A stretch of DNA of 64,000 nt, taken from sequence record MH571750.1, one strand, 5' to 3'. Positions 44,010 through 53,635 of the stretch are shown piece after piece. Position numbers and translations under genes: made by a program. The notes beneath the pieces were generated by a model that worked only from the letters and a program-made list of their open reading frames with translations, did not search any database and had not been told where the DNA came from. How positions within the stretch are numbered: position 1 is the first letter of the stretch; each line of letters opens with the position of its first letter. This DNA comes from Escherichia phage vB_EcoM-Ro111lw.

Positions 44010-44290
44010 TGAGAGAGACTAAAATGGGAATTTTAGGTAATATGAAAGCTGGCTTCTTGAAGGCACTGGCAAAAGCAGCAGCAATCATTTCTATGACTGG
44101 AAAGCAGGTTGGTGTAGATGCTTCAGCAGTTGCACAAGTTCTTACAAGCCAAATTGAACAGCAACCTTACATCTATGTAGGCCGTGGCAAAGGTGGTAAG
44201 AAACAAGCCCACCGTCCGTCTGGTGCAGCAGCTATTAAACGAGCAGCCAAGAAAGCTCGTAACCGTAAACGTAATAAGAAGGCTAAATAA
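44009..44290 (+). CDS. Small basic protein (Lys/Arg-rich C-terminus)
   Basis: C-terminal KRAAKKARNRKRNKKAK; alternative ATG at 44024. Confidence 0.45.
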   Translation: MRETKMGILGNMKAGFLKALAKAAAIISMTGKQVGVDASAVAQVLTSQIEQQPYIYVGRGKGGKKQAHRPSGAAAIKRAAKKARNRKRNKKAK

Positions 44291-44292
44291 TC

Positions 44293-44613
44293 ATGAGCAA
44301 AGTTTATAACACTCGCAAATTACAGATTTTCGTACTGTGCCAGTTTATGGCTAAAGAATACAACTTCTACTATTGCGGCACAGGTTTTATTAGTGATGAT
44401 GATGGCTCATACCTTCCATTCAAAGAAGCTGTGAAGCTCTTTAATGAAGAGGAAAGCTCTAAGAAAGATATTGAAAAGGTGAAACTGACCTACAGCAAGA
44501 AAGATAAGAAGATTATCTGCCTAGATAACTTTGTAAAAGTTACTGGAGAAGCAAAAGAGTTTATGAATGAGAGTGAGATTTCATTCACAAGCATCTTGAA
44601 AGTAGCTCAGTAA
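44293..44613 (+). CDS. Hypothetical protein
   Basis: 106 aa, ATG start. Confidence 0.5.
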   Translation: MSKVYNTRKLQIFVLCQFMAKEYNFYYCGTGFISDDDGSYLPFKEAVKLFNEEESSKKDIEKVKLTYSKKDKKIICLDNFVKVTGEAKEFMNESEISFTSILKVAQ

Positions 44614-44626
44614 ACAGATACTATAG

Positions 44627-44650
44627 GGGAACTGTAAAGGTTCCCTTTTT
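44627..44650 (+). terminator. Rho-independent terminator
   Basis: GGGAAC-tgtaaag-GTTCCC followed by TTTTT. Confidence 0.6.
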
Positions 44651-44664
44651 ATTTTGGAGATGAT

Positions 44665-45180
44665 ATGTATCTGTCAAACCTGAAACGTTCGGCTGCAATG
44701 TCAGTTCTAAGACTCAGCTTTGATGAGCGTCAAGAATTTATAGACTCCCACAAATATGACCCTTCAAATTCTAATCACATGGTTCTTTGGAATCGTGAGA
44801 GTACTCGTGAAAGAGCATTATTCCGATATTACCCACACTACACCATAGACAACCTGTATGAATGTTTTGTTGTGAAGAACACCATTACAGTACTCAATAA
44901 ACTTTGCAGATACACAGGTAGTCAATCTTTCACATTAGGCCACCACAAACCTGTTACAAAGGGTGGTGAGCATCACTGTGCAAACTGGTTTATCCAGACT
45001 AAACTTGATAATCAGAAGCAAGGTGATAGTCTTCTAAGCATCCCTAAGATGACCTATGAAGAGCAAGAGAAATATATCAAAAATAATATGCCAGATGTGC
45101 TTGACAACAACTATACAGATTTGGCAATATCTCTCCTGTTGAAGTTCGAGACAGTTTATAGGGCAACTTACAATGGCTAA
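44665..45180 (+). CDS. HNH endonuclease
   Basis: LGHHKPVTKGGEHHCANWFIQTKLDNQKQG resembles an HNH core (H-H...N...H/C). Confidence 0.55.
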   Translation: MYLSNLKRSAAMSVLRLSFDERQEFIDSHKYDPSNSNHMVLWNRESTRERALFRYYPHYTIDNLYECFVVKNTITVLNKLCRYTGSQSFTLGHHKPVTKGGEHHCANWFIQTKLDNQKQGDSLLSIPKMTYEEQEKYIKNNMPDVLDNNYTDLAISLLLKFETVYRATYNG

Positions 45181-45451
45181 AGAAAAGTGGGAGATTTTAC
45201 CATTAGTCAGTGAAGGTGGTAATGGTTGTGAAATGTACATGATACGTGGTCATGTTCCAGAACCAATTGCACTTGAGATGGTAAACAACTTTACAGATGG
45301 CTCTTACAAAGACTTAGGAGAGCCAACTATAAAGCATCAATGGGTAAAACCTGTACCAGACAGCACAGGTAACTGTAGTGTACTTTACCACGTTGTAGAC
45401 CCTGTAAAATGCAAATCTGCAATGGCAGTAACAAACGTAACTTTTGATTGA
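45173..45451 (+). CDS. Hypothetical protein
   Basis: 92 aa, overlapping start. Confidence 0.45.
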   Translation: MAKEKWEILPLVSEGGNGCEMYMIRGHVPEPIALEMVNNFTDGSYKDLGEPTIKHQWVKPVPDSTGNCSVLYHVVDPVKCKSAMAVTNVTFD

Positions 45452-45462
45452 GAGACAAAACT

Positions 45463-46344
45463 ATGAAAACATCTATCCGTGTTACAGTTCATTCACCAAC
45501 TAAAGGGACTCATGAAGAAGAGTTTAACATCGTCCAATTCCCTTCTGGTGAGATTGGTGGACACTTTTCGCCAGAGTTTGTTGATTTTACTGCTTATGCA
45601 GCATCATCTATCAACAATGTGATTATGATTGTAAAAGGTTATGATAAGGACACATTGTTTGCTGTGGCACTTGCTAAAGAAGCAATTGATGATTTAGTAC
45701 CTCATAAGTTTGCTATGAAGACTGCTATCTTTTACTATTTGCCAAATGCACGTTACGACCGTCACATGTTTAAAGGTGATGCAGCAGCTTTGAAAGTGTT
45801 TGCACAACAGGTTAATGCAATGGGTTTTGATGCAGTCTGTGCAGTTGACCCTCACAGCTATGTACCAGATAACCTGTTTAACTGCTTCCAGAGTATTCCT
45901 CAAAAGGAAATTGCAGTCCACTATGCAAATGACCCACTGATTGATTACTTAGTAGCCCCAGATGCAGGTGCTGCTAAGAAGATTGCAGAGACTGCTAAAG
46001 AGGTGGATAAACCATACATCACAATGTCTAAAGTGCGTAACCTTAAGACTGGTGAAATTACTGGTATGCGAATCCTTGATGATGTTGATTTGACAGATAA
46101 AACCGTCATGATTCTGGATGATATCTGTGATGGTGGTCGAACCTTCATAGAAGCAGCGAAACATCTTCGTGAAGCAGGTGCAAAACGTGTGGAACTTTAT
46201 GTAACACATGGTATCTTCTCTAAAGATGTTGAAAACCTTCTTGACAATGGTATCGACCATATTTACACTACAAACTCTTTAGGCGAAGCTAAAGACCGTG
46301 GCTTAACACATTACAGTCAAGTTACTGTAGCAAACCTTGATTGA
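45463..46344 (+). CDS. Ribose-phosphate pyrophosphokinase family protein (PRPP synthetase-like; could be an ADP-ribose pyrophosphate synthetase-type homolog)
   Basis: PRPP-binding loop VMILDDICDGGRTF; about 290 aa; start moved from TTG to ATG (MKTSIRV) with GAGAGAC RBS. Confidence 0.7.
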   Translation: MKTSIRVTVHSPTKGTHEEEFNIVQFPSGEIGGHFSPEFVDFTAYAASSINNVIMIVKGYDKDTLFAVALAKEAIDDLVPHKFAMKTAIFYYLPNARYDRHMFKGDAAALKVFAQQVNAMGFDAVCAVDPHSYVPDNLFNCFQSIPQKEIAVHYANDPLIDYLVAPDAGAAKKIAETAKEVDKPYITMSKVRNLKTGEITGMRILDDVDLTDKTVMILDDICDGGRTFIEAAKHLREAGAKRVELYVTHGIFSKDVENLLDNGIDHIYTTNSLGEAKDRGLTHYSQVTVANLD

Positions 46345-46389
46345 AAGTTTATAAGGACTTAAAAGCCCCATTTTGAGAGAGATTAAAAG

Positions 46390-48171
46390 ATGACTAAATC
46401 ACTTTATGCAGTACCAGCAGGTTTAAACGCAGATGCTTACAAATCTGGTCATGTTTACCAGTACCCTAGTGCAACAGAGTACTTGATGTTCAACCTGACA
46501 CCACGTAGTGACAAATGGTTTAACAGCCCCTTAGCAATTGATGGTGTAGTAGCTTTTGGTATTCAACGTTTCGTTAAAGATTACTTGATAGACCACTGGA
46601 ACGCCACTTTCTTTGAACGTGATAAAAAAGAAGCCATTGATGAAATCTTAGAAGTCATGAATGGTGTTCTGGGTAAAGATGCTATCGGTCGAGAGCATTG
46701 GGAAGCACTTCACGACTTAGGTTATCTACCAGTTGAAGTATACGCTGTAGAAGAAGGTACAGTTGTCCCTATGCGTGTCCCAATGATTGTCTTCCAGAAC
46801 ACTGTTTCAGGTTTCCATTGGGTAGCGGGGTATCTGGAAGATGCTTTCTCTGCTGAGATTTGGAAGGCTTGTACCATTGCAACTATTGCATTGCATTATA
46901 AACGCATCTGTAAGAAGTGGGCTGACCTTACTTGCGACAACGACTTACATTTATCTTATCAGTGCCATGACTTTGCTATGCGTGGTATGTCCGGCTTTAC
47001 TGATGACGCATTTAACGCTGTAGGCCACTTAACCAGCTTTAAAGGAACTGATAGCTTCCCTGCTGTGTATACGGCTAAACGAATCTATGGACAGTCTTAC
47101 CCAATCTCTGATATTGGTAGTTCTGTACCAGCCACTGAACACTCTGTGATGTGTGCAAACATTGCTTGGGAAGGTGGTAATGAGTTGATTGAAGAAGAAA
47201 GACGCTTTAAGGGTGAGTTACAAACCTTCCGTCGTTTCTTAACAGAAACTTACCCAACTGGTATTGCAAGTGTTGTTTCAGACACTTATAACTTCTGGAG
47301 AACTGTGTCAGAAATTTTACCAGCACTTCGTAAAGAAATTATGGAACGTGATGGCAAACTGGTAATTCGTCCTGACTCTGGAGACCCTGTACATATTGTC
47401 ACAGGTTATAAAGCAATCCACTTAGAATGTGCTAAGAAGGCTTATTACGAGCACCTAAGCAAGCTGGAAGCCAGTGACACAATGTTGAATGCTGTTCTGA
47501 ACATGAAGCTTGAAAACATCAACTATGGTATTGCTGGATGGCTACTGTCAGAAGGCTACGAAATGGTTGTTGACAGAGAAGACTTTGAAGTTGCTGATAC
47601 AGTGATGTTGAAGAACGCTTATATGGTTGGTTCTGCAAACGTTGTAACACGCCCTGTAGCAGAGATTGATGGAGCTATTAAGACCTTGTATAACATCTTT
47701 GGAGGAACTATTAACTCTAAAGGTTTTAAGGTACTGGATGAGCACATTGGCCTTATCTATGGCGACTCTATCACGTTGGAACGTGCAAACGAAATCCTGA
47801 AGCGTCTGTATGAAATGGGGTTTGCAAGCTCTAACGTGGTGTTTGGTGTAGGCTCTTACACTTACCAGTACATGACTCGTGACACCTTTGCATTTGCTGT
47901 CAAAGCAACTCTTGCAAGCATTGGTGGCAAAGAGATTATGCTTGCAAAAGACCCTAAAACAGATAGTGGTGTTAAGAAATCTGCCTTTGGTGGTGTAGCA
48001 CCTATGTGGGATGGTGAGAATTTGAAAGCTGTAGATGGCTATGGATTCCAGAGCTTTGCAGATGCACTTGAACATCCAGCTTGTGCTTTACGTTTAGTCT
48101 TTAGCGACTCTGAGCAGTACGGTTACACAACTCTTGGTGATATTCGAAATAATATTGACAAGCAGCTTTAA
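46390..48171 (+). CDS. Nicotinamide phosphoribosyltransferase family protein (NadV/NAMPT-like)
   Basis: 593 aa; adjacent to the PRS-like gene; N-terminal region and size consistent with NAMPT family; family assignment moderately confident, substrate not determinable. Confidence 0.55.
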   Translation: MTKSLYAVPAGLNADAYKSGHVYQYPSATEYLMFNLTPRSDKWFNSPLAIDGVVAFGIQRFVKDYLIDHWNATFFERDKKEAIDEILEVMNGVLGKDAIGREHWEALHDLGYLPVEVYAVEEGTVVPMRVPMIVFQNTVSGFHWVAGYLEDAFSAEIWKACTIATIALHYKRICKKWADLTCDNDLHLSYQCHDFAMRGMSGFTDDAFNAVGHLTSFKGTDSFPAVYTAKRIYGQSYPISDIGSSVPATEHSVMCANIAWEGGNELIEEERRFKGELQTFRRFLTETYPTGIASVVSDTYNFWRTVSEILPALRKEIMERDGKLVIRPDSGDPVHIVTGYKAIHLECAKKAYYEHLSKLEASDTMLNAVLNMKLENINYGIAGWLLSEGYEMVVDREDFEVADTVMLKNAYMVGSANVVTRPVAEIDGAIKTLYNIFGGTINSKGFKVLDEHIGLIYGDSITLERANEILKRLYEMGFASSNVVFGVGSYTYQYMTRDTFAFAVKATLASIGGKEIMLAKDPKTDSGVKKSAFGGVAPMWDGENLKAVDGYGFQSFADALEHPACALRLVFSDSEQYGYTTLGDIRNNIDKQL

Positions 48172-48185
48172 AAGTATATGATAAG

Positions 48186-48207
48186 AGGCTCCTACGGGAG
48201 CCTTTTT
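48186..48207 (+). terminator. Rho-independent terminator
   Basis: AGGCTCC-tacg-GGAGCCT followed by TTTTT. Confidence 0.6.
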
Positions 48208-48224
48208 AATTTCTGGAGAAGATT

Positions 48225-48560
48225 ATGAAAATCAAAGAGATGAACATCAACATTGTCTTAGAAGAACGTTGGGAGAATATTAAGAAACCTGAAGATGGTA
48301 AAAAGTTCCTTAACAAAATTTTAGTAGCAGCTAAAGAAGAACTGACTGGCAAGATTGCAGCAGCAATCACAATAAAAGTTTGTGTAAAAGGTCTTCCAGA
48401 CAACCACCAATTTGCGCTTGACGAGTTTAAAAAAAGCTTCTACAATCCAAACAAACAGATGCTTGAAAGTAACTTTGCAGTATCTACAAGTATCGTCCAT
48501 GACAGAAGCTTTATCCTTTACAAAAATATGAGAGGTGAGTCATGCAAGCATATTGGATAG
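48225..48560 (+). CDS. Hypothetical protein
   Basis: 111 aa, RBS GGAGAAG. Confidence 0.5.
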   Translation: MKIKEMNINIVLEERWENIKKPEDGKKFLNKILVAAKEELTGKIAAAITIKVCVKGLPDNHQFALDEFKKSFYNPNKQMLESNFAVSTSIVHDRSFILYKNMRGESCKHIG

Positions 48561-48718
48561 AAATTTTACTGTCACTTGGTAGCGTAGCAGTATTTGTTTA
48601 CCTTCTTTGCAAGTACTATGCAGAGCACAAAAAATGTGACTACTGTAATGGAGAAGGCTATACAAGAGCAGGTTGTTGCCCTATGTGTGGCGGTTCTGGT
48701 AAAATGTTTAATAAGTAA
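48542..48718 (+). CDS. Possible small membrane-anchored zinc-ribbon protein (58 aa, not in ORF track)
   Basis: N-terminal TM segment then C.YC...(9)...CCPMCGGSG. Confidence 0.3.
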   Translation: MQAYWIEILLSLGSVAVFVYLLCKYYAEHKKCDYCNGEGYTRAGCCPMCGGSGKMFNK

Positions 48719-48746
48719 TTTAACAGTAAACTAAGAGGAAAGTATT

Positions 48747-51113
48747 ATGCGCATGGTAAACGACCACGCAGAAGTGATTAAGAGTTCAACTTCTTTAGAG
48801 ACGTCTCAAGCACAGATTACAATGACACCTGAAATGTTCAGCCTTTTGAGTTCTGGTGTATATACCTTTAAAGAAAGGGCAGTGATTCGTGAACTGTCAT
48901 GTAACGCAGTAGATGCTCAGAAAGAAGCTGGAAAAGAGAACATCCCGTTCCATGTGCATTTACCTACTCGTTTTGAGCCTTACTTTGAAGTCCGTGATTT
49001 TGGAACTGGATTGACTCATGATAAAGTTATGAGTTTGTACCTAAACTACGGGGCTTCTACGAAGAATGACTCTAATGACTACATTGGTGCAATGGGTATC
49101 GGCTCAAAATCCCCATTTGCAATTGCTCAGTCATTCACAGTGTCTAGCTATGTTGACGGTGTTGTTAATAAGTACTCTGTTTATCTTGAGAATGGTATCC
49201 CTCAAGTAACTAAGCTTACCACTAACCCAACAAAAGAGCCTAATGGTTTAGCTGTACGTGTAGCAGTTGCTGACCACCGTATCTCAAAGTTCTTTGAAGA
49301 AGCGGGTCACGTATACTCATACTTTGCTGTAAAACCAGAAAGTAATATCGAGTATGATGATGTATTAGCAGATATGAACGTCATTGCCCGTGAAGAAGGT
49401 GTTTACGATGCCATGATTCATAAGCAAAGCTGGCGTTCTAGTGGTAACAGGACAGAGTTTAATGTGGTGATGGGTAATATTGCCTATCCAGTGAACATGG
49501 AAGCATTACTTGGTGATGATTTCTTCAAAGTCTTGCCAGAGTTTTTCCGTAGGAGCGTAGACCTTGTAAACATCTACATGCCTATTGGTTCAGTTGCTAT
49601 TGCAGCTTCTCGTGAAGCATTGCAGATGAATGACACGACAAAAAATGTTATCATTGAGGCTACTAAAAAGATAACTGAAGCCATTACAAAGGATGTTATC
49701 AAGAAAGTTAATAGCCAACCTACACTCATGGATGCTGCACAGGCTTATGCTGAGTTACGTTTGAACTCACGAGAGATGTTTAATGCTGTGTGTCCAAAGC
49801 TAGAGTGGGGAGGCGTTAAGCTTGATTCTCTGGAAGAAGAATTACTAAACATTCGTCGTGGGATTATCTACGCAGAAGACGGCTCAGTCATTTATGAACG
49901 TGACGGTAAAGGTAATATTAAGGTTGATAGGAACGGAAACAACATCCCTAAAGTAGATTTTCTTTATGACCCAGTTGCTTATGTCAAGTTCAACTCTTTA
50001 GAGAGTAAGATTCGTGCAACAGCACTTTCCTACACTCAAGAGGCAAGTATGTTCAATATCTTTGGTGCAATGCGTAAAAGCCAAATTGAACAGTTTTTGT
50101 TCGTGATTAATGACCGTCGCAATAAAAATGGTACTGAGAAGACTGTAGGACGAAATCAAATCTTGCGTGGTGCATGTCGAGACTACGCTAACGAGTCAGG
50201 CCTGTTCCACAGATACAATGGCATTGTGTTTGTATTCTCGACTGAAAAAGAGTTAGATGATTTAATCAATCTACACAAACTTGATAAAAGCTTGTTAAAG
50301 ATTGTGAAGATGTCTGATAAGGAACACCACTATCAGCGCAAAGAAGCTGTAAGGGGTGTTGTAAAACTATGGAAAGCTGTTCCAGCAGAATCTGTAGCTT
50401 CATACGAAGAGGTGTCAGAAGACTTAGACACAATTGAAGAACCTCAGCTTTACATTAAGGCAGTTGGTGACACAGTTGATGGTAGATGTTTTTGCTCATC
50501 TCCAGAAGATGTAGCTAAGTCAGTTGCTAATGTTACAGGTAAGACAGTCTATGTTTTCCGAAAAGCAAATTGGAAAAAGATACCAGAAGACTGGATTGAA
50601 GTAGATGAGCAACTCTTGAACGATAGCTTAACTGATGTTCACTGGATTAACCATAACAGATATATGACACGTATCTATATGAATGGTGTCCTTGACCTTA
50701 CAAGCAGTTGGATTATTGCCAGAAACTTTACGTTTAATAACAGGAAGATTTCTCGCGGGTATTGTTATTCAAGGGATACTATTAAGACAATCTTCTTAGA
50801 AGGGAATGAAGATGCTGTTGAGGCAATGTTCGGTAAGATTCAGTATGTGGCTGCACCGTTTGCATACACTTACACTATCAGTGTTCTTCAGGATTTGAAG
50901 ACATGCCTTGATAATGACACAAAACTGTACAAAAAGATTAAGAAAGCAGGTGACCGCATGGTTATCAAGCTGACAAACTATCTTTCAAAAAGAAAACAAG
51001 AAAACTTCTTGCTTTCACACTTAGATTGGAATAAAGTATCACCTATCGAAGTGAGTAAGTTTTTAGGCTTTGATGTGAAATGTGTTCCAGAAGGTACAAC
51101 AATTTACGATTAA
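48747..51113 (+). CDS. rIIA-like protein with N-terminal GHKL-type ATPase fold
   Basis: GHKL boxes: ELSCNAVDAQ (N box), VRDFGTGLT (G1), GAMGIGSKS (G2); 788 aa, size and neighbour consistent with rIIA/rIIB pairs. Confidence 0.45.
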   Translation: MRMVNDHAEVIKSSTSLETSQAQITMTPEMFSLLSSGVYTFKERAVIRELSCNAVDAQKEAGKENIPFHVHLPTRFEPYFEVRDFGTGLTHDKVMSLYLNYGASTKNDSNDYIGAMGIGSKSPFAIAQSFTVSSYVDGVVNKYSVYLENGIPQVTKLTTNPTKEPNGLAVRVAVADHRISKFFEEAGHVYSYFAVKPESNIEYDDVLADMNVIAREEGVYDAMIHKQSWRSSGNRTEFNVVMGNIAYPVNMEALLGDDFFKVLPEFFRRSVDLVNIYMPIGSVAIAASREALQMNDTTKNVIIEATKKITEAITKDVIKKVNSQPTLMDAAQAYAELRLNSREMFNAVCPKLEWGGVKLDSLEEELLNIRRGIIYAEDGSVIYERDGKGNIKVDRNGNNIPKVDFLYDPVAYVKFNSLESKIRATALSYTQEASMFNIFGAMRKSQIEQFLFVINDRRNKNGTEKTVGRNQILRGACRDYANESGLFHRYNGIVFVFSTEKELDDLINLHKLDKSLLKIVKMSDKEHHYQRKEAVRGVVKLWKAVPAESVASYEEVSEDLDTIEEPQLYIKAVGDTVDGRCFCSSPEDVAKSVANVTGKTVYVFRKANWKKIPEDWIEVDEQLLNDSLTDVHWINHNRYMTRIYMNGVLDLTSSWIIARNFTFNNRKISRGYCYSRDTIKTIFLEGNEDAVEAMFGKIQYVAAPFAYTYTISVLQDLKTCLDNDTKLYKKIKKAGDRMVIKLTNYLSKRKQENFLLSHLDWNKVSPIEVSKFLGFDVKCVPEGTTIYD

Positions 51114-51127
51114 AGTGTTTGACAAGG

Positions 51128-51157
51128 GGCTTTGAAGCCCCTTAGAATAGCCTCACA
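51128..51157 (+). promoter_or_regulatory. Promoter-like TTGACA-N18-TAGAAT with GGGGCTTTGAAGCCCC hairpin in the spacer
   Basis: Consensus -35, hairpin inside spacer, 5/6 -10; upstream of 51193 gene. Confidence 0.4.
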
Positions 51158-51192
51158 AATTGATTGATTAACTAACAAGAGAGAGTAATAAG

Positions 51193-52302
51193 ATGACTAC
51201 TAAAACTAAAGCACAGATTGACGCAGAAATTTACAAACTGGTTAAAGAAGGTAAGCTGACCAAAACAGCTATTGCACAGAAATTTAACACTTCAACCCGT
51301 TCAGTTGGTCGTGCTGTAGAGCGTCATGAAGCAACCCTAAAAGGGAATAAAAAGGCAACTTCTACACCAGCTACGAAGACTTTGAAACAAGTTGCTAAGA
51401 CTTTTAAAAAGAAAGCTGGCAAACCAGTTGAAAAGGTCGTTAAAGAGACTGTACAGAAAGCTCCAGTAAATAAACTGCACGAAGCTATGCAGAAAGATGA
51501 CAAAATTGAGTACATGATTACTGGTGACTCTGTAATTATGACTTATGGTTCAGAATCTGAAATTGTTGAGTCTACTCATCCAAACTATCAAGAGATTGTA
51601 GTTCATGTTGTGAAAGGTGAGTTCAAGAAAGCATTTGAACTGATGAACATCCGTAAGTCTATCGAAAACTTCACTCAGGGTACTATTACAATCAAAGGTG
51701 ACAAGCTATTCTACGGTGCTGTTGAGATGCGTTCTACTCTGGTTGACCGTATTCTCCACATGATGAAGACTGGTGATAAAGGTTTTGAACGACTTGTAAT
51801 GTTCTTCGAAAAACTGATGGAAAACCCATCTAAAGATTCTGTAGAACAACTTTGGGGATTTGTATCTCACCTTGATGTTGAAATTGATGAAGAAGGCTAC
51901 ATCATTGGTTGGAAGAAAGTCTCTACTCGTGAAGGCAAGCTGGTTGACTCTCACACCTACAAAGTGCCTAATGATTTGGGTAACATTGTAGAAATGCCAC
52001 GTTGGATGGTTGATAATAACCGTAACGTAACTTGCTCTCAAGGTCTTCATGTTGGTGCTTGGGATTATGTTCGTTGCTTCTCAGGTGATACAATCCTGAA
52101 GGTTCGCGTACATCCACGAGATGTTGTATCTGTTCCAACTGATTACAACGATATGAAGATGCGTTCCTCTCGTTATGAAGTTGCAGCAATCGTTGATAAT
52201 CAACGTAAAGTGCTGGAAGCATGGGACGGTAAGACTGAAGCTTTGCATGTCATCGTTGGCACTGCTGGTGAACTCATCTCTCAACGTAAACGTGAAATCT
52301 AA
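51193..52302 (+). CDS. rIIB-like protein (by synteny only)
   Basis: 369-aa ORF immediately after rIIA-like gene. Confidence 0.3.
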   Translation: MTTKTKAQIDAEIYKLVKEGKLTKTAIAQKFNTSTRSVGRAVERHEATLKGNKKATSTPATKTLKQVAKTFKKKAGKPVEKVVKETVQKAPVNKLHEAMQKDDKIEYMITGDSVIMTYGSESEIVESTHPNYQEIVVHVVKGEFKKAFELMNIRKSIENFTQGTITIKGDKLFYGAVEMRSTLVDRILHMMKTGDKGFERLVMFFEKLMENPSKDSVEQLWGFVSHLDVEIDEEGYIIGWKKVSTREGKLVDSHTYKVPNDLGNIVEMPRWMVDNNRNVTCSQGLHVGAWDYVRCFSGDTILKVRVHPRDVVSVPTDYNDMKMRSSRYEVAAIVDNQRKVLEAWDGKTEALHVIVGTAGELISQRKREI

Positions 52303-52318
52303 TAAGTAATTTCTTAAA

Positions 52319-52341
52319 AGGCTGCTTCGGCGGCCTTTTTT
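52319..52341 (+). terminator. Rho-independent terminator
   Basis: AGGCTGC-ttcg-GCGGCCT followed by TTTTTT. Confidence 0.6.
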
Positions 52342-52342
52342 A

Positions 52343-52371
52343 TTTGTATTTTGTGCAGAGTGCTGTATAAT
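52343..52371 (+). promoter_or_regulatory. Candidate promoter with consensus -10 TATAAT
   Basis: TATAAT at 52366-52371 with weak -35 (TTTGTA/TTGTAT); 30 bp upstream of the SLT gene. Confidence 0.35.
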
Positions 52372-52402
52372 TGTTGTCACGATAAACTAAACAGGAGAAC
52401 CA

Positions 52403-52951
52403 ATGAAGAAATTGATTCTAGGTTTGTGCTTAATGTTTACAGCACACTTATCTTATGCAGTTGACTGCCCAGAGCTATCAATTAGCCAAAAAGTGAACAT
52501 GTTAAAAGCTTACCAGTATGGTGAGAATAACATGGGTAAAGGTTGGGGTATCACTCTAGCAGCTATAGCCTTACAAGAGTCAGAGTTAGGTCTGAAGGTA
52601 GAAAATAAAAAGACCCATGACTATGGTATCTTCCAGAATCACTTGAAGACTGTTGTAAAGCGTAACAAAATTAGTCCTAATGTTGCTAAAAAGAAACTCT
52701 TAAAAGATTTTGACTATGCTGCGAAGGAAACGCACAAAGAACTTGAGTTTTGGACAAAGGTGCATGGTCAGCCAAAGTCAAAGAAGACTTTACAAAAAGT
52801 TTTAGCATCATATAATGCTGGGTATTCGTACAGAATCCCTAAAGCTAAGAAGTATTCTCAAGATGTCTATAACAACATGAAAGTTATTGCTCAATGTGAA
52901 TTTGCAACAAACATTTCTAAGGTAAACCATGAAAAAATTAAAAAAGTCTGA
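52403..52951 (+). CDS. Secreted lytic transglycosylase (SLT-domain) protein
   Basis: Signal peptide MKKLILGLCLMFTAHLSYA; SLT-like motifs AIALQESEL (catalytic Glu), GIFQ, SYNAG. Confidence 0.55.
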   Translation: MKKLILGLCLMFTAHLSYAVDCPELSISQKVNMLKAYQYGENNMGKGWGITLAAIALQESELGLKVENKKTHDYGIFQNHLKTVVKRNKISPNVAKKKLLKDFDYAAKETHKELEFWTKVHGQPKSKKTLQKVLASYNAGYSYRIPKAKKYSQDVYNNMKVIAQCEFATNISKVNHEKIKKV

Positions 52952-53624
52952 TGAAGTCCTGTGCCACGCTTATGACTTACATCCTCATGAGTTAGGTCTT
53001 GATTCCTGTGTATGGACTCCAGAACAGTGCAGAGATTTTGAAGACACTGCAAGAGAGGTTGTATGTTCACTTGAAGAGTTCCACACATCAGAACCCATTG
53101 TGAACGTTGTGGACAAAGAGACTGGACAAACTATAGGTGTAAGGCGTGATAGTTTAGTGATAGTCAATAAAGACCTTGTAGAAAAAGGTAACCTCATCTT
53201 AGCAGATATTGATGGTGTTCTTACAAATTTTAATCACGAAGATTGCTCAACGGAATTGACTGATGGGTCATTCTCACAGTACACTAATCTTCTTGATTCT
53301 GTAAGAGCAAAACCAACATATGTTTTCAACATTATTGATGCAATTGCAAATCATGCAGCAGTTGGACTCTTGACAGCAAGAGGTGAATCTCAGAGAATAC
53401 CTACTGAGATGTTTTTAAGGCACAATATAGAGCATGATTACTTGCTTTTTATGCGTGGTTTTGGAACTAACTCTATAAGTGCAGAAAGTTTGAAAGTGAG
53501 GATGATTCAGTCTTGCATTCTTCCTTACTTTAATATAGTATGCTTTATAGAAGATACAGAGAAGAATGTTCAGAAGGTAAACAGAATCCTTCCACACATT
53601 AAAACCATGTTAGTTAAACATTGA
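52929..53624 (+). CDS. HAD-superfamily protein, 5'(3')-deoxyribonucleotidase-like (putative)
   Basis: ILADIDGVLTNF resembles HAD motif I of NT5C-type nucleotidases; LLTARGE as motif II candidate. Confidence 0.3.
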   Translation: MKKLKKSDEVLCHAYDLHPHELGLDSCVWTPEQCRDFEDTAREVVCSLEEFHTSEPIVNVVDKETGQTIGVRRDSLVIVNKDLVEKGNLILADIDGVLTNFNHEDCSTELTDGSFSQYTNLLDSVRAKPTYVFNIIDAIANHAAVGLLTARGESQRIPTEMFLRHNIEHDYLLFMRGFGTNSISAESLKVRMIQSCILPYFNIVCFIEDTEKNVQKVNRILPHIKTMLVKH

Positions 53625-53635
53625 GAGAAGAACTT

